Origin: Octopus bimaculoides | Taxonomy: Eukaryota | Direction of reading: 5' to 3' | DNA: 64,000 nucleotides | Assembly: GCF_001194135.2 (NCBI RefSeq) | Contig: NC_068984.1 | Location: 59,675,977 to 59,739,976 of the forward strand | Part shown: piece after piece, positions 25,677 through 38,235 of the stretch | How positions within the stretch are numbered: the stretch's first letter is position 1 | Layout of the letters: each line of letters opens with the position of its first letter | The notes under the pieces: model-generated | Databases searched by the model: none | The model's input: the letters and a program-made list of their open reading frames with translations, nothing else | What the model was told of the DNA's origin: nothing | Position numbers and translations under genes: made by a program

Positions 25677-27861
25677 ACAAAATCAAGAAATTAATGTATG
25701 AATCTTAAGATACAAGAAATATTGGAATTAGCAGCAATAATGTGCAGGATGTATAAGGTATGACAGCATAGGAATATGACTGTAAAAATTAGTGGTTGTG
25801 GTGGTGGTGGTGATGATGACAATGCGGTGAGTAAATATCATATGCAGCTGTCGGAAAATAAATTTTAATGTCTGACCACCATGAAATAGTATTGCGTAGA
25901 AGAGAAACTGAAGAAAGAAGGAGAACACAAAAAAAAGAAAAGAATAGTTACTGGATATCATCAACAGATGTTGTATCTAAGCAGCAAGAATAAGGTAGAT
26001 AGTGCCATCATCAATTCATCTTTATATACTACATCCTGCTAGTATGGGAAAACAGCTGTTAAAACGCTAATGTTGATCATAGATAGCAGTTGAAGAAATA
26101 GTTTTTGTAGCCAAGAATTTTAAAAGGACATCTACGTAAACATGTTAAACAAAAACACACAGGTGTGTGTATTTATATGAGTTGTGTGTTTGTGTGCACA
26201 TATGTATGTGTGTACACTTTAAATAGCACTTCTTAACTCCCATGTAAGGTGTTAGTACTAATAATAGACTGGAAATTTATATTAGTCTTTCATAATTTAA
26301 AAGAACTGGGGGTTTGGCCAAAAGGCCAGAGCTTGTAGGTAAGTGGTAGGACAGATGGAAATTACCAGTACCAGAACAAATACATGCTTGTTATTTGTTG
26401 TATTAGCTTCTCTCATCCTAACAGGCTTGGCCTCACAATGTAGAGAAAGAAGACTATATATAGTAAAATATTAAAGTCTATGCCTTACCATTTCTTCACA
26501 TTCCATATATGATAAGATTTCTATGAACAAACAAGGGAGCCTCTACGTGATTACACAACCTGCAGGAAATAGAGCAAAATTTCTCTACATCCAGCCAGCC
26601 TCATAAAGTATATACATTATTTTAAATGTAGTCCTATATAGACAATAAGGACAGTATGGGTCATAGCTAAAGCACTGCTGATCATAGGTCTGCTTGATTA
26701 GGGTTTAACTGGGTCTAAACAATGACTTAATTAATGATTTCTAAAACAAATAAAAAGTCACAAATTTAGGGGAAGGATATAATCAATTTTCTTAACTCCA
26801 GTACCTGGCAGGATCTGAACTGCGAACATAAAAATACCATAAAGCATTTTGTCTGTCAGTCAACTAATTCTGTCATAATGATTTCTTAAATTTGTACCTA
26901 CAGGTCCAGATTGGCAGAGGAATATTAAATCAATTGAATGGATCCTAATATATTATTTTCCTCCATCTTTTGCAATTCATTTCCTAGGATAAAGTTCTTG
27001 CCTACTTCTGGTTTTGTAGTCTTGAAAATTGCATGATGCCCTCAATAATGTTGGTAGAATGGGGAAAAAAGCACCCAGTATACACCCAGCCAGAGAAAGC
27101 ATGCCAAAACAGACAGTGGAGTAAGATGCAGTCCTTGGACGCTATCAAATCCTGTGAAATCATCGAATCCATACCAACATGGAACATAGACATTAAATGA
27201 TAATAATGATGACACTAGCCACTGAAACAAAAATACTACTGGTCTTCTGAGTTAGAAAACTGAACTATTTTGTCCTACAAGTACACCTAATTCATCTATT
27301 GTCACTTCTCTCATCATCTCCTCTCCCAAACTCATCACATTAAAACCCTTTCCCAACATGTCATTCCTCCTCAGAAGAGGTGATCCTCTGAAATTTACAT
27401 CCCTGTCTAGGCTTTCTTTCTACTTGCACTGAACAACAGAAGCTCAAGCTTAACATCAGTCATAACACTCTCACCTGAGTGTGTGTGTGTGTGTGTGTGT
27501 GAGTGAATAACTTACAAAGGTTATAGGTGCCATTTCTCTTCCTTTAACTGATCAACAACTATAATCATTTCTGATTTAGGTACAAAGCTAGCAAGTTTGA
27601 AAAGAGAATATTAGTTCATGTCATCAACCCCAGTACTTGACTGGTACTTTTCATTATTAATCCAAAAATAATGAAAGGCAAAGCTAACCCTGGCAGGAAT
27701 TGAACTCAGGATGTAAAGAGCCAAAACAAATGCCTCAAAACACCATTTCCCACACTAATTATTCTGCCAATCCATTGCTTTAACTAATAATGATTTATAA
27801 CATAAGCACAAGGCCACAAATTTAAATGGAAGTGTGAGTTGATTAAATCAACTTTAGTAAT

Positions 27862-28245
27862 GCAGGTATGGTTGTGTGGTAAGAAGTTTACTTCCCAAAC
27901 CACATGGTTCCAGGTTCAGCTCCACTGTGTGGTACCTTGGGAAAGTATATTCTACTACAGCCCCAGGCTGACCAAAGCCTTGTGAGGGGTTTTGGTAAAA
28001 GGGAACAGAAAGAAGTCCATCATGTGTGTGTGTGTGTGTTTGTGTTGGTTCCCCTATTTCACTTGACAACCAGTGTTGCTGTGTTTATGTCCCTGTAACT
28101 TTGCAGTTTTGGCAGAAGAGACCAATAGAGTAAGTACCCGGTTTGAAAAAAAAGTACTGAGGCTGATTCATTCAACTAAAAATTCTTCAAGGCAGTGCCC
28201 CAGTATGGCCCCAGTCTAATGACTGAAACAAGTAAAACAAAACAT
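27862..28245 (+). mobile_element. Family A SINE
   Basis: GCAGGTATGGTTGTGTGGTAAGAAGTTTACTTCCCAAACCACATGGTTCCAGGTTCAG ... ATGACTGAAACAAGTAAAA. Confidence 0.82.
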
Positions 28246-28676
28246 TAGTAACTGGTACTTTATTTTAGCTATCTTAAAAGGTGGGAGAGAGAGTAAAAGC
28301 AAAGCAATTACTAGTTGGGATTTGAACTCAGAACAAAGATATAAGTCAAGCACTCCAGTAAAAGAAGAAATTTACATTGATAAGGTGAAATAAGAGCTTT
28401 TAGCTTAAAAGAGCAAGAGTTCTAAAAATGGAAGTTCCAACACAGTGCAGACTAAATGCTAAGGAGGAGCCAAAGAGGATAAAGAATTTATGACAAACAA
28501 ATTACACCTTGAAAAATTTCCCCACCAAAATATATTAGATAATGTAATCTTACATACACTATCTTCTTTTATCTTTTACTCGTTTTAGTCATTAGACTGC
28601 AGCCCTGTTAGAACACTGCTTTGAAGGTTTTAGTCCAACTTATCAACCTCAGTACTCATTTTTAAGTCTGGTACTT

Positions 28677-28870
28677 AATCTTGATCAAGATTCTTGATCA
28701 CAACTGTCTGATGAATGGGAATGTGAAACTCTGAATTGCAGTTTTTTGTGATATTTTTGTGATGTTTTTGCAGCTTTAACAATAAAGCATATTACTCTAG
28801 CTTTGGTATTCAAGTACTATTTCTTTCCACCTTGTTTCACATTTATGTGCTTACTCGGGTATATATGTAA
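28677..28870 (+). mobile_element. PLE-like pseudo-LTR fragment with a 16-bp palindromic 5' end and a hammerhead motif
   Basis: AATCTTGATCAAGATT (28677-28692) is a perfect palindrome. It is followed by the hammerhead motif, then AATAAAGC, and the element ends at (TA)n. Confidence 0.58.
28702..28743 (+). ncRNA. Minimal type I hammerhead ribozyme with canonical core, weak stem II and a mismatched stem III
   Basis: AACTGT [CTGATGA] ATG-GGAA-TGT [GAA] ACTC-T-GAAT [T] GCAGTT. Stem I is 6 bp, the core CUGAUGA...GAAA is intact, and the triplet is AUU. Confidence 0.62.
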
Positions 28871-28881
28871 ATATATATATC

Positions 28882-29325
28882 ATCATCATCATCGATGTCC
28901 ACTTTCCATGCTGGCATGGGTTGGACAGTTTGACTGAGAACTAGCAAGCCAGGAGGCTGCACTCGGCACCAATTTGATTTGGCAAGGTTTCTACATCTTG
29001 ATGCTCTTCTTAATGCCAACTACTCCGAGAGTGTAGTGGGTACTTTTACGTGCCACCAGCATGAGAGCCAGTCAGGCAGCACTGGCATCGGCCATGCTCA
29101 AATGGTGCTTTTTACGTGCAATCGGCACAGGTGCCAGTCAGTTGGCACTGGCATCAGCCATACTCAAACAGTGCTTTTTATGTGCCAGTTAGGTGGCACT
29201 GGCATTGGCATGCTCAAATGGTGCTTTTTATGTGCCACCAGCATGGGTGCCAGTCAGTTGGCACTGGCATTGGCCACACTCGAATCTTGCTTTTTACATG
29301 CCACAGGCACTGGCATCGGGCACAC
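28882..29325 (-). mobile_element. Family C element with an internal ~64-bp tandem array
   Basis: (CAT)n tail at the left end; about 5 diverged units CTTTTTACGTGCCACCAGCA...GCCAGTCAG...GGCACTGGCATCGGCCATGCTCAAATGGTG at 29043-29320. Confidence 0.82.
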
Positions 29326-29333
29326 ATATATAT

Positions 29334-29368
<35 letters not shown>

Positions 29369-29489
29369 GGTCTTCCATACAGTTTCTATCTACTAAATTC
29401 ACACACAAGGCATTGGTCAGCCTGGGCTATAAAAGACACTTGCTAAAAGTGCCAATTAGTGACAACATTTTTCTTTGTTTTTTTTTTAT

Positions 29490-29716
29490 TAACCTTTTAA
29501 TACCAACCTGCCTGAGTTCACCCCTGGTTTAATAATACAAACTTACTTTTTTCAAGTGGTCTAAATTAAACTTTTCATCACATTTTCATTTCAATTTATG
29601 CTCTAAATACTAACTTGAGAATGAGAAAGTTATTTTACTAAATTAGTCATTATTTTCCAAACTTAATTGAAACAAAACCAGTGAATATCAGAAGAAATAG
29701 GGTAACAAAAATGTTG
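29490..29716. mobile_element. Decayed reverse-orientation copy of the same piggyBac-type MITE
   Basis: Starts TTAACCTTTTAATACC and ends GGTAACAAAAATGTTGAA. The body is the reverse complement of parts of 10938-11159 (AAGTTATTTTACTAAATT, AATTGAAACAAA). Confidence 0.55.
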
Positions 29717-29924
29717 AAAGTGATTCAGGGAACTAGGTTGATAAATTTGTAAGAATTGGATAGGATGAAATGAATGTCTGGTATTTGTTCTTGTCTAAAT
29801 ACATTCTGATGGCCTGCAGTGACTGACAATTGTAGCAAGCTGTATCAGCCCTTGCCTGTTGCTTGGACAACATTAGTGGTTTTGAGAGGGGAAATTTATG
29901 TGCATGGGAAACTGCTTATCTTTC

Positions 29925-29980
<56 letters not shown>

Positions 29981-29991
29981 AAAATTGTTGA

Positions 29992-30144
29992 GGCTGGGTG
30001 GTAAGAGATTTGCTTCCAAACTACATAATTCTGGGTTCAGTCCCCAGCATGATACCTTGTTACTATAGCTTCAGGCTGACCAAAGCCATATGAGTGGGAG
30101 TGGATTTGGTAGATGGTAGACAAAAAACTGAAAGAAGTGTGTTG

Positions 30145-30197
<53 letters not shown>

Positions 30198-30365
30198 ATG
30201 TGTCTGTGTTTGTCCCCCACCACTGCTTAACAGTTCTGTAAAAGCAACAGATAGAATAAATACCAGGCTTAAAAAAAAAGTACTGGAGTTATTTTTTTGA
30301 CTAAAACCCTTCAAGGCGGTGCTCCAGCATGGACAGTCTAATGACTAAAATCAGTAAGAGGTAAA
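29992..30365 (+). mobile_element. Family A SINE with central (TG)n
   Basis: GGCTGGGTGGTAAGAGATTTGCTTCC ... GGCGGTGCTCCAGCATGG ... ATGACTAAAATCAGTAAGAG. Confidence 0.8.
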
Positions 30366-32802
30366 AGGCCCGTGCTTTGGAGATGAATTTTTTTGTCTTT
30401 TTTTTAGGTGCAGATCTTATAGTTTTATGTGACAATATGGAAGCCTTAGGTCTAATTTATGATAAAACAAAGCAAAAAGGACTGTTGAGACTATAGTAAT
30501 CCATTACATTATGTTTGTTTTGAAATAAGTAAAGGGAGAAGGCACTTCATTTATCTATTAGTTTAGTATTATATGTACTTTTTAAATAGTAGCTGATAAG
30601 TGAGGTGGGGGTTCAACATGAAACAACTATAGGCGCAGGCAGAAGAGAATAACAAGCAATGGTTATAATTAGGGATTGGCACAACAGTTTTGGTATTGTT
30701 TAATTAACATCACTGAAGAATTAAGGGACTGAAAGAGAGAATTTAGTAATCACATCCACAAATTCACACATGTATATATGCATACATACATGCATGTACT
30801 ATCAACAACAGTAATAACAACACTTTTTTGTATATCCATTCATACACAGATTTAATTGAATGTTTGAAGCAGGAGACTGAGAAGAACAAGAAATGTAGAG
30901 TAAGTGGGAGGTGAAGAGACATAATGAACATCATGAACAGGCTGGTTGTGAAATGGAGAAAGCAAAGATTGGGGATGGGGGGAGGAGAGGGAGAGAGCAC
31001 GAGCAAGGTAGGGAGATATGCTACTGAAGTGAAGTGGAAACAGGCTTGGGCAAGATGATGAAGGAAAGTGAAAAAAATAGGGAATGATAATGGAAATAGA
31101 GATATATATAAATTTCGGCTAAAGAAGAAGGAAAATTGATCAGTTAAGAAGAAAATAAATGGAGAGAGGGAGAGAGAAAATGGGACATGGAGTGTATAGC
31201 GGAACAGATGAGTCAATAACAAGATGAGGGGAAACTGAATATATGTGTATGTATATATTTGTGTGTGTGAGTGTGTACATACATACATGTATGTATGTAT
31301 GTGTGTATGCATGATGCGCATGTACCAATTCTGTTCAGAGAATAACAAAAACACTATTAGCAAAAGAAGTATTGGAAGGGAAGATGGAAATGATACAACA
31401 TTAAAGAAGAAAGGATGAGAAGGAAATTAAGAAAGGAAGAAAATAATGAGAACACAACAAAATAAAATAGCTTTCCCCACACAGTTGCCATGGATATCTA
31501 AGTAGTTTACCTCATGAAACATTAGAAGACTGTTTGTTGGTTCATTTTAACATCTATTTTTGTTTCCCTGCTAGCACGCGTTGAACAGGAATTGGTAGCA
31601 GTAAGTTCTTCCTGTTGCTAACCCTTACCTGTTTTTCAAGCAAAGATATTTTATTTCTTTGGTCTTTGAAAGGGTAGAATGACCGGTTGTAATGTCAACA
31701 AAGAATGTAAACACCATATTACTGTTTTGCTCAAGCAGTGGTAAGCTGTGAAATATTAATGTTCATCACACCCACACATATGCATGGGGGGAGGTTGTCA
31801 TATAGTCTTCGTCTACCAATTTCACTCACACAGCCAGGAGCTACTTTAGAAGATGCTGTGCAGCGGAACTGAACCTGAAACCACATGCTTGTAAAGTGAG
31901 CTTAACCACATAGCCAAGTTGTTTGTAAGATGAGACTCAATAGGTTGCAGTTTGGCAGCTGCTCTTGCCAAGTGCATCACTCTGAATATTAGGAAAAAAA
32001 TATCCAAATTGCTCAACTAAGCATATCACTCAAAACAGAGGTAAAATACTCAAGGACATGTACTCTGCATGAAAACCAAACAATAAGGTTGGTACTCACA
32101 TACATAATGTAGTGACACAAGAACTATTAATTAATTAAATTTACACCTAAGCATGACAGTTAATTGTGGTTAAAAAAGACAGGAAAGACATCCTTGAAAT
32201 CTAAATTAGAATTAATTCAAAATGGGGAGCAATTGAGTGGTGATATGTTTTGAATTTGAAGTTTGAATTTGAATTTGAAATTTGAAAGTGTAAATATTAA
32301 CAGTCAACTTTTTAGACATTGCACACAATATTGCTTCAGGCATATATGTCACTTATAGAAAACGAAACAAAATCATATGCTACATTCACAAAACTTGAAT
32401 CATCCCCTTCACTATTCTGAAAAATTTACTTACAAAGTTTTGTAAGAGAATTTCCAAATCTTCTGATAAAGAGATGTGTATAACCACTGCTTTATTTTTA
32501 CAATGAGGCTTGAAGCAGAAATGGTAGTGATAGGTTTCAATACATTTCCCCCACACGAATCCCATGATGCTAACAACATTGGAAAAAGGTAAATTATATG
32601 AATATCTACTGAGTTGTGGGATACCCTGATCTGACCTAGGTAGTGACTTCTTACTCCTTTGCGGGTGGATTGCCATTGCTTTTGAATATTTCTGCGCCAC
32701 CTCTTGACCTTATATATATATATATATATATATCCTCACATGTATTGTAGGCCATGTTTTAGAATTGTATAGATCAGTTATTGTTGTTATTATTATGAAG
32801 GT

Positions 32803-33575
32803 GTCAAGCTGGCAGAATCATTAGCATGCCCGGAGAAATGGTTAGCAGTATGTCGTCTGCTGCTATGTTCTGAGTTCAAATTCTGCTGAGGTTGACTTTG
32901 TCTTTCATCCTTTCGGAGTCAATAAAATAAGTACCAGTTGAACACTGGGGTCGATGTAATTGACTCATCCCCTCCTCCAAAATTGCTGCCCTTGCGGAAA
33001 AATTTGAAGCTATTATTATAATTGTTATTATTATTATTATTATTACTACTACTATTATTATCACTGAGTGAGAGAGCAAAGAACTCCTCTGAACGCATGG
33101 CTATGATGCTCCCCCACTACTTCTGCTCATGATCAGAGATGCACATATCATCAGCCTCCAAGGGACATTCTCAACTGGTTATGGTAAAACAACTGACAAG
33201 TAAATCTGTGGTATTGAGCAGAATATTTACTGTAGCCCATCTTTTATACCAAGACGAAACAGTGTACATGATAACACTTTGGGTCAACTTTGCTTTTCAT
33301 CCTTTTGGGAGTCGATAAATTAAGTACCAGTGAAACACTGGAGACTGATATAATTGACTAGTCCCTTCCCACCAAATTTCAGGCCTTGTGCATATAGTAG
33401 AAAGGATTATCATTATTATTATTATTATCATCCTGTGGAGGTCGACTTTGCCTTTCATCCTTTCAGGGTCAATAAATTAAGTGCCAGTTGAACACTGGGA
33501 GTGACATGATCGACTTGTCCCCTCCCCCAAAATGGCTGCTCTTGTGGTAAAATTTGAAACCATCATCATCATATA
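32803..33575 (+). mobile_element. Cluster of family B SINE copies with (ATT)n tails, plus a ~200-bp fragment of another repeat (33090-33290)
   Basis: The motif GTCGACTTTGCCTTTCATCCTTTCGGGGTCAATAAATTAAGTACCAG recurs at ~32890, ~33285 and ~33440, with (ATT)n runs between copies. Confidence 0.78.
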
Positions 33576-34314
33576 ACTTGGTTTTCATTTTTGTAGTTTC
33601 TAATATGTAAACAGATCTATAACAATTGTACTTTTATACTCTAATTCATATTAATTTGCTTTCTACAACATATAAGTTAAAATGTTCTGACCATTTCCAT
33701 TTAATTTTCATTTCTTAAACCAGATTATTCAGTTGATAATCAGTTCATGTTGCTCAAGTCACAATGGATAGTCAAGAAACAGTGATAATAATAGCCTTAG
33801 GTAATAGCATTCATCTTGTGGAAGATGAAACTGACACACTCAGGAATTTCGTTAATTAGTACGTCATTTCTTATCTTAGAAGCAATTAAAAATATACTTC
33901 CCCTAAACACAGGAACACACACACAGATTGTGCTTATGCTTTGGTGAATATTATCAGATTTCTAATTTTTAGCAATGATAATGAATTCTAGCTTAGGCTC
34001 ATGGTTACAAAATTTGGGAAGAAGATACAGTTAGTTCAGTTGTCCCCAAGATTTGTACAGTACTAATTTTATCAACATGACTGAGAAGTATAAAAATCCA
34101 GGATTTGAACTCAAAATTTAGAGAAACATAACTTTTACAAGGCATTTTGATGGATGCTCTATCAATTCTGCCAGCCACTTCAAACACTAGCACACATTTC
34201 AAGAAAGGAATGTAGGCAATTATATTAACCCCAAAACCAAGAAAGGCACTGTCAACCAGGTTGAATTTCAGTACACTCATTTACATAGAAACATAAAGGG
34301 ACAAAACTAAGTTC

Positions 34315-34555
34315 AACATGGTAATAGGAAGGACATCCAGTTGTAAAAACCATGCCAAAATAGAACTCACCAGTGTTGGTGCCACATAAAAAGCACTCAA
34401 TTCATTTTGTAAGGTGGTTGGTGGTAGGAAGGGCATTCAGCTGTAAAAGCCATGCCAAAACAGATAGTGAAGCCTGGTGCAGTCTTCTGGCTTACCAGCT
34501 CCTGTCAAGTCCAACACATGCCAGCATGGAAAATGGATGTTAAATGATGATGATT
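34315..34555 (+). mobile_element. Family C 3' portion with an internal duplication of the GGAAGGGCATCCAG block
   Basis: TAGGAAGGACATCCAGTTGTAAAAACCATGCCAAAA occurs twice, at ~34325 and ~34425; the element ends GTTAAATGATGATGAT. Confidence 0.75.
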
Positions 34556-35240
34556 ATAACAATTCTGCTACTTTCTTATGTAAGGATAGAACTGTGAGGC
34601 TTTAAGGTGAAAGGATATAGAAAGTGCCATTCCAATAGGCTTCCAGGCTAAGTACTTTTACATTAAGAAAAAAAAAAATGATGTAGAAGAAAAAGAAAAG
34701 AACTGCCAGAGAATGCAACCTGAAACCATCATTATATGCCATTATCTTGAATGTCTGCTAAGGTGAACTGACAACAAAGCAAAAATTGCTGTTAACAAAC
34801 AATTTAACAGTTTCAGTAGAGAAAATATCTACTCAGGTTTAATATCTGTATTGTTGATCTGACAAACTTTCACAAAATATTCATAACTGAGCCTGTAAAA
34901 CTAATTTATTCTTTCTTTCTACAGACAACAAAAAGGAAAAGTATCTATCATACTGTGTATATCATAACCTATATACTAAATCAGTTAGTTGAAACAGTTG
35001 TCACTTCTCATGTACAAAATCATTTTCTGCATGAAGATGAAGACTTCAAAAAAAGAAAAAGAAAAAGAAAAAAAAGGTAAACAATATTTTTACTTGAAGA
35101 GGCTTAATTATGTTAAAAGAAAAACCCAGGAAGGATCAATCTTCTGCTACATAGTAGTAATAGTACTACTGATAATGGAGATGTGGTAGTGCTGCTGTAA
35201 CAACAACAGTTACTACTACCACTAATAATAATAATAATAA

Positions 35241-35614
35241 TAATAGATAGAGAGGTGAGTTCTTAACTTTTGTATACGGTTGCCACAATCCATCACTAAG
35301 GTAAACATAGCTGTCGTAACCCATCACCAAGGCCAACCTAATGACAAAAAGCGCAACTCGAAAGTAACTTATTTATTGGTGCTTTGAACAATATTTCGGC
35401 ATCTCGCGTGCCTTCAACAGGTTCAAAATAAAATAAATGTCAGTCTAATTCATTTTTTAGTTTATATAAAGGACTGGTAACTCAGCAGAAATGTAATAGA
35501 TAGAGAGGTGAATTCTTAACTTTTGTATACGATTGCAATCGTATACAAAAGTTAAGAACTCACCTCTCTATCTATTACATTTCTGCTGAATTACCAGTCC
35601 TTTATATAAACTAA
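35241..35614 (-). mobile_element. Penelope-like (PLE) pseudo-LTR element: 79-bp inverted 5' segment, 253-bp unit, ~40-bp tandem tail, inserted in (AAT)n
   Basis: Palindrome 35457-35535 / 35536-35614 with 2 mismatches and no spacer. Direct repeat TAATAGATAGAGAGGTGA(G/A)TTCTTAACTTTTGTATACG at 35241 and 35494. Internal hammerhead-like motif. (AAT)n on both flanks. Confidence 0.78.
35382..35428 (-). ncRNA. Minimal type I hammerhead-ribozyme fold with an A6U core change
   Basis: Minus strand: TTTTGAAC [CTGTTGA A] GGCA-CGCGAGA-TGCC [GAA] ATAT [T] GTTCAAAG. Stem I is 7-8 bp, stem II is 4 bp, stem III is the palindrome AUAU, and the putative cleavage triplet is AUU. Confidence 0.65.
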
Positions 35615-35622
35615 TAATAATA

Positions 35623-36420
35623 ATAATCCTTTCTACTATAGGCACAAGGCCTGAAATTATGGGGGAGGGGGCCTGTCAATTACATTGATCCCCAGCATTC
35701 AACTGGTACTTGTTTTATTGACCCCCAAAAGGATGAAAGCAAAGTCAACCTCAGCAGAATCTGAACTCAGAATGTAAAGCCAGGAGAAATGTTGTGAAGC
35801 ATTTTGTTCAATGTGCTAACAATTCTGCAAGCTTGCCACCTTAACAACAACAATAATAATATAATTACTTCTAAAATAGACACAAGGCCTAAGATTTGGT
35901 GGTGGTGGTGGTAGGGGCTAGTCGATTTCATCAAACCCAGTGCTAAGCTGAATCAACCATGGAAGGATGAAAGGCAAACTTGACCACGGTAGCATTTGAA
36001 CTCAGAGCGTAAAGACGGATGTAATGCTGCTAAGCATTTCGTCCAGCATGATAATAATTCTGCCAGCTTGCTGCATTGATGATGATAATAACGGTAATAA
36101 CAATTTCAAATTTGACACAAAGCCAGCAATTTTGGAGCAGGGGTTGACTGCATCGACCCCAGTGCTCAACTGGTACTTATTTTATCAACCCCAAAAGGAT
36201 GAAAGGCAAAGTCAACCCTGGCGGAATTTGAACTCAGAACATTAAGACAGACAAAATGCATTTTGCCTGATATGCCAACAATTCTGCTAGCTCACTACTG
36301 TCGTCTTCTTTTTATAATAATAATAATAATAATGGTTTTAAATTTTGGCACAAGGCCAGTGAGTTTGGGAGAGGGGCTATGTCAGCTAAATCAACCCTGG
36401 CACAGGGTCACAAATTCATA
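35623..36420 (-). mobile_element. Tandem array of 4-5 family B SINE copies separated by (AAT)n
   Basis: Repeated units: AATAAT...GGCACAAGGCC...CCCCAG...GGATGAAAGGCAAAGTCAACC...GAATTTGAACTCAG... Confidence 0.8.
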
Positions 36421-36458
36421 GGGAAAAATATTCAATTGAATTGAGCACTGTATTTTAC

Positions 36459-36496
<38 letters not shown>

Positions 36497-36559
36497 CAGG
36501 TCCTGTGTGAAGGAAAGTAGAGAGCAGTAGGATTTTGACAATATTGTTAAGTTCACCAT

Positions 36560-36598
<39 letters not shown>

Positions 36599-37799
36599 AA
36601 CAAAGAACAACTACAGCTTCTGTTATCTAATTACTGTAAATGATATTTAGTTTAAAATGCTGCTCAGTGCAAATATAGAAATCTTACATAATTACACAAG
36701 CCTTTCAATAAATGACGCTGAATATGCTGACAGAATCCAAAGCTTTTTATATTTGGCTTTTTAACTTAAAGAAAAGATACTATCAATATATGTGTGTGTT
36801 TAACAAAATAGTTTCGTTTTTAATTTTATCCGAAAGAGAAATAAGCAGTGTGTATGTGGGGCATAACAAGTTTTGCTTAACTTTGTTTTGAATAGTCTGT
36901 GGCGGCTGCCACAGGAGGCTGTCGATTCCTGCAACTCATGCAGCAGACTGAAATGCTGCTACATAGAACTGCTAGGATATTCAAAAACATACAAAGAAAA
37001 AATTAACAAGGAGAAGTGAAAGAAGCAAAGGAATTCTGAGAACTGAAGCAGGGAGGAATGGGGTTTGGATGTTAAATGCTTTAAACAGAAATGTTTGGTG
37101 GCAGAACTAAACTGAGAAAGCAGGAAGGGATCAGAAACATAAAAAAAAAAACAGTGGGTAGGGTGAATGTTACTACAGATGAGATTAATTTAGAAATAGA
37201 CCCATTTAGGTGAATTTGTTGTCAGAAGTGTAAGTCTTTTATTCCTCATGAAGGGAATCCATTTCAGCAGTTTTTAATCTGAAAAACATCATTAATGAAC
37301 AGCTATTGTTACAAAGACTAAACCTTGTACTATGACATCAATCATGAAAAGCAGCTTTAAATTAAAACCATGTATTTTTTTCTACTCATTTTTTTTTTTT
37401 TTTTTTTTTACATTTCCACATATCATTTTCATATTTAAAAGGAATAACTTTTTTGTGTCTTTTTTTTCTTCTTGTTACTGGATTCTTTTTTTAATCATCA
37501 TTCAATTCCTAAGTCTATTTGGGAAAATTTGAAAGAAGAATAATTGATAAATCAGTTCAAGGAATCTGAGAATTTCAAAGTAAAGAATGACATGACATAA
37601 AAGAATTCTTTAAATATTTTCATCTTTAGATAACTGGTCCTCTTTGTCATTGATTAATGAAATAATATGCTCTAATGTTAATGCTATTTTACTGCAACAC
37701 ACTTGTAATCAGATAATGACAACAAATGAAATGGAATGTGAATAAAATTCTTGTTCAGCAACATGTTTTGCCATCCTGATTTCTCTTTATCGGTATTCT

Positions 37800-38235
37800 T
37801 TTCTCCTGTTACTGGTTTTCAGTCACTGAACTGTGGCCATGCTGGGGTACCAACCTAAAGGGTCTTTTAGTTCTTTTACTTGTTTCAGTCATTTTACTGT
37901 GGCCATGCTGGAGCACCGCATTAAAGGGGTTTTTTAGTTGAAGAAATCCACTCCAGGACTTATTCTTCGTAAGCCTAGTACTTATTCTATTGGTCTCTTT
38001 TGCTGAATCACTAAGTTACAGGGACGTAAACACATCAATATCAGTTGTAAACACAAACATATACACATGAACACATACACACACACACACACATAATGGG
38101 CTTCTTTCAGTTTCCATCTACCAAATCCACTCACAAGGCTTTGGTTGGCCCAAGGCTATAGGAGACACTTGCCCAAGGTGCCACACAGTGGGAGTGAACC
38201 TGGAACCATATGGTTGGGAAGCAAGTTTCTTCTTA
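37800..38235 (-). mobile_element. Family A SINE with an extra duplicated 3' end
   Basis: The reverse-complement 3' end (TTTCAGTCA...GGCCATGCTGG) occurs twice, at ~37815 and ~37882, followed by (CA)n and the reverse-complement head. Confidence 0.82.

Noticed and set aside
28979-29532. 155-aa and 138-aa ORFs with repeated GTGIGHAQ motifs
   Set aside because: They are translations of the 64-bp tandem array inside a family C element.
32386-32700. 104-aa minus-strand ORF in non-repeat sequence
   Set aside because: It has a GTG start directly after (TA)n, no recognisable domain, and a second overlapping frame is also open. It is not supportable as a gene.
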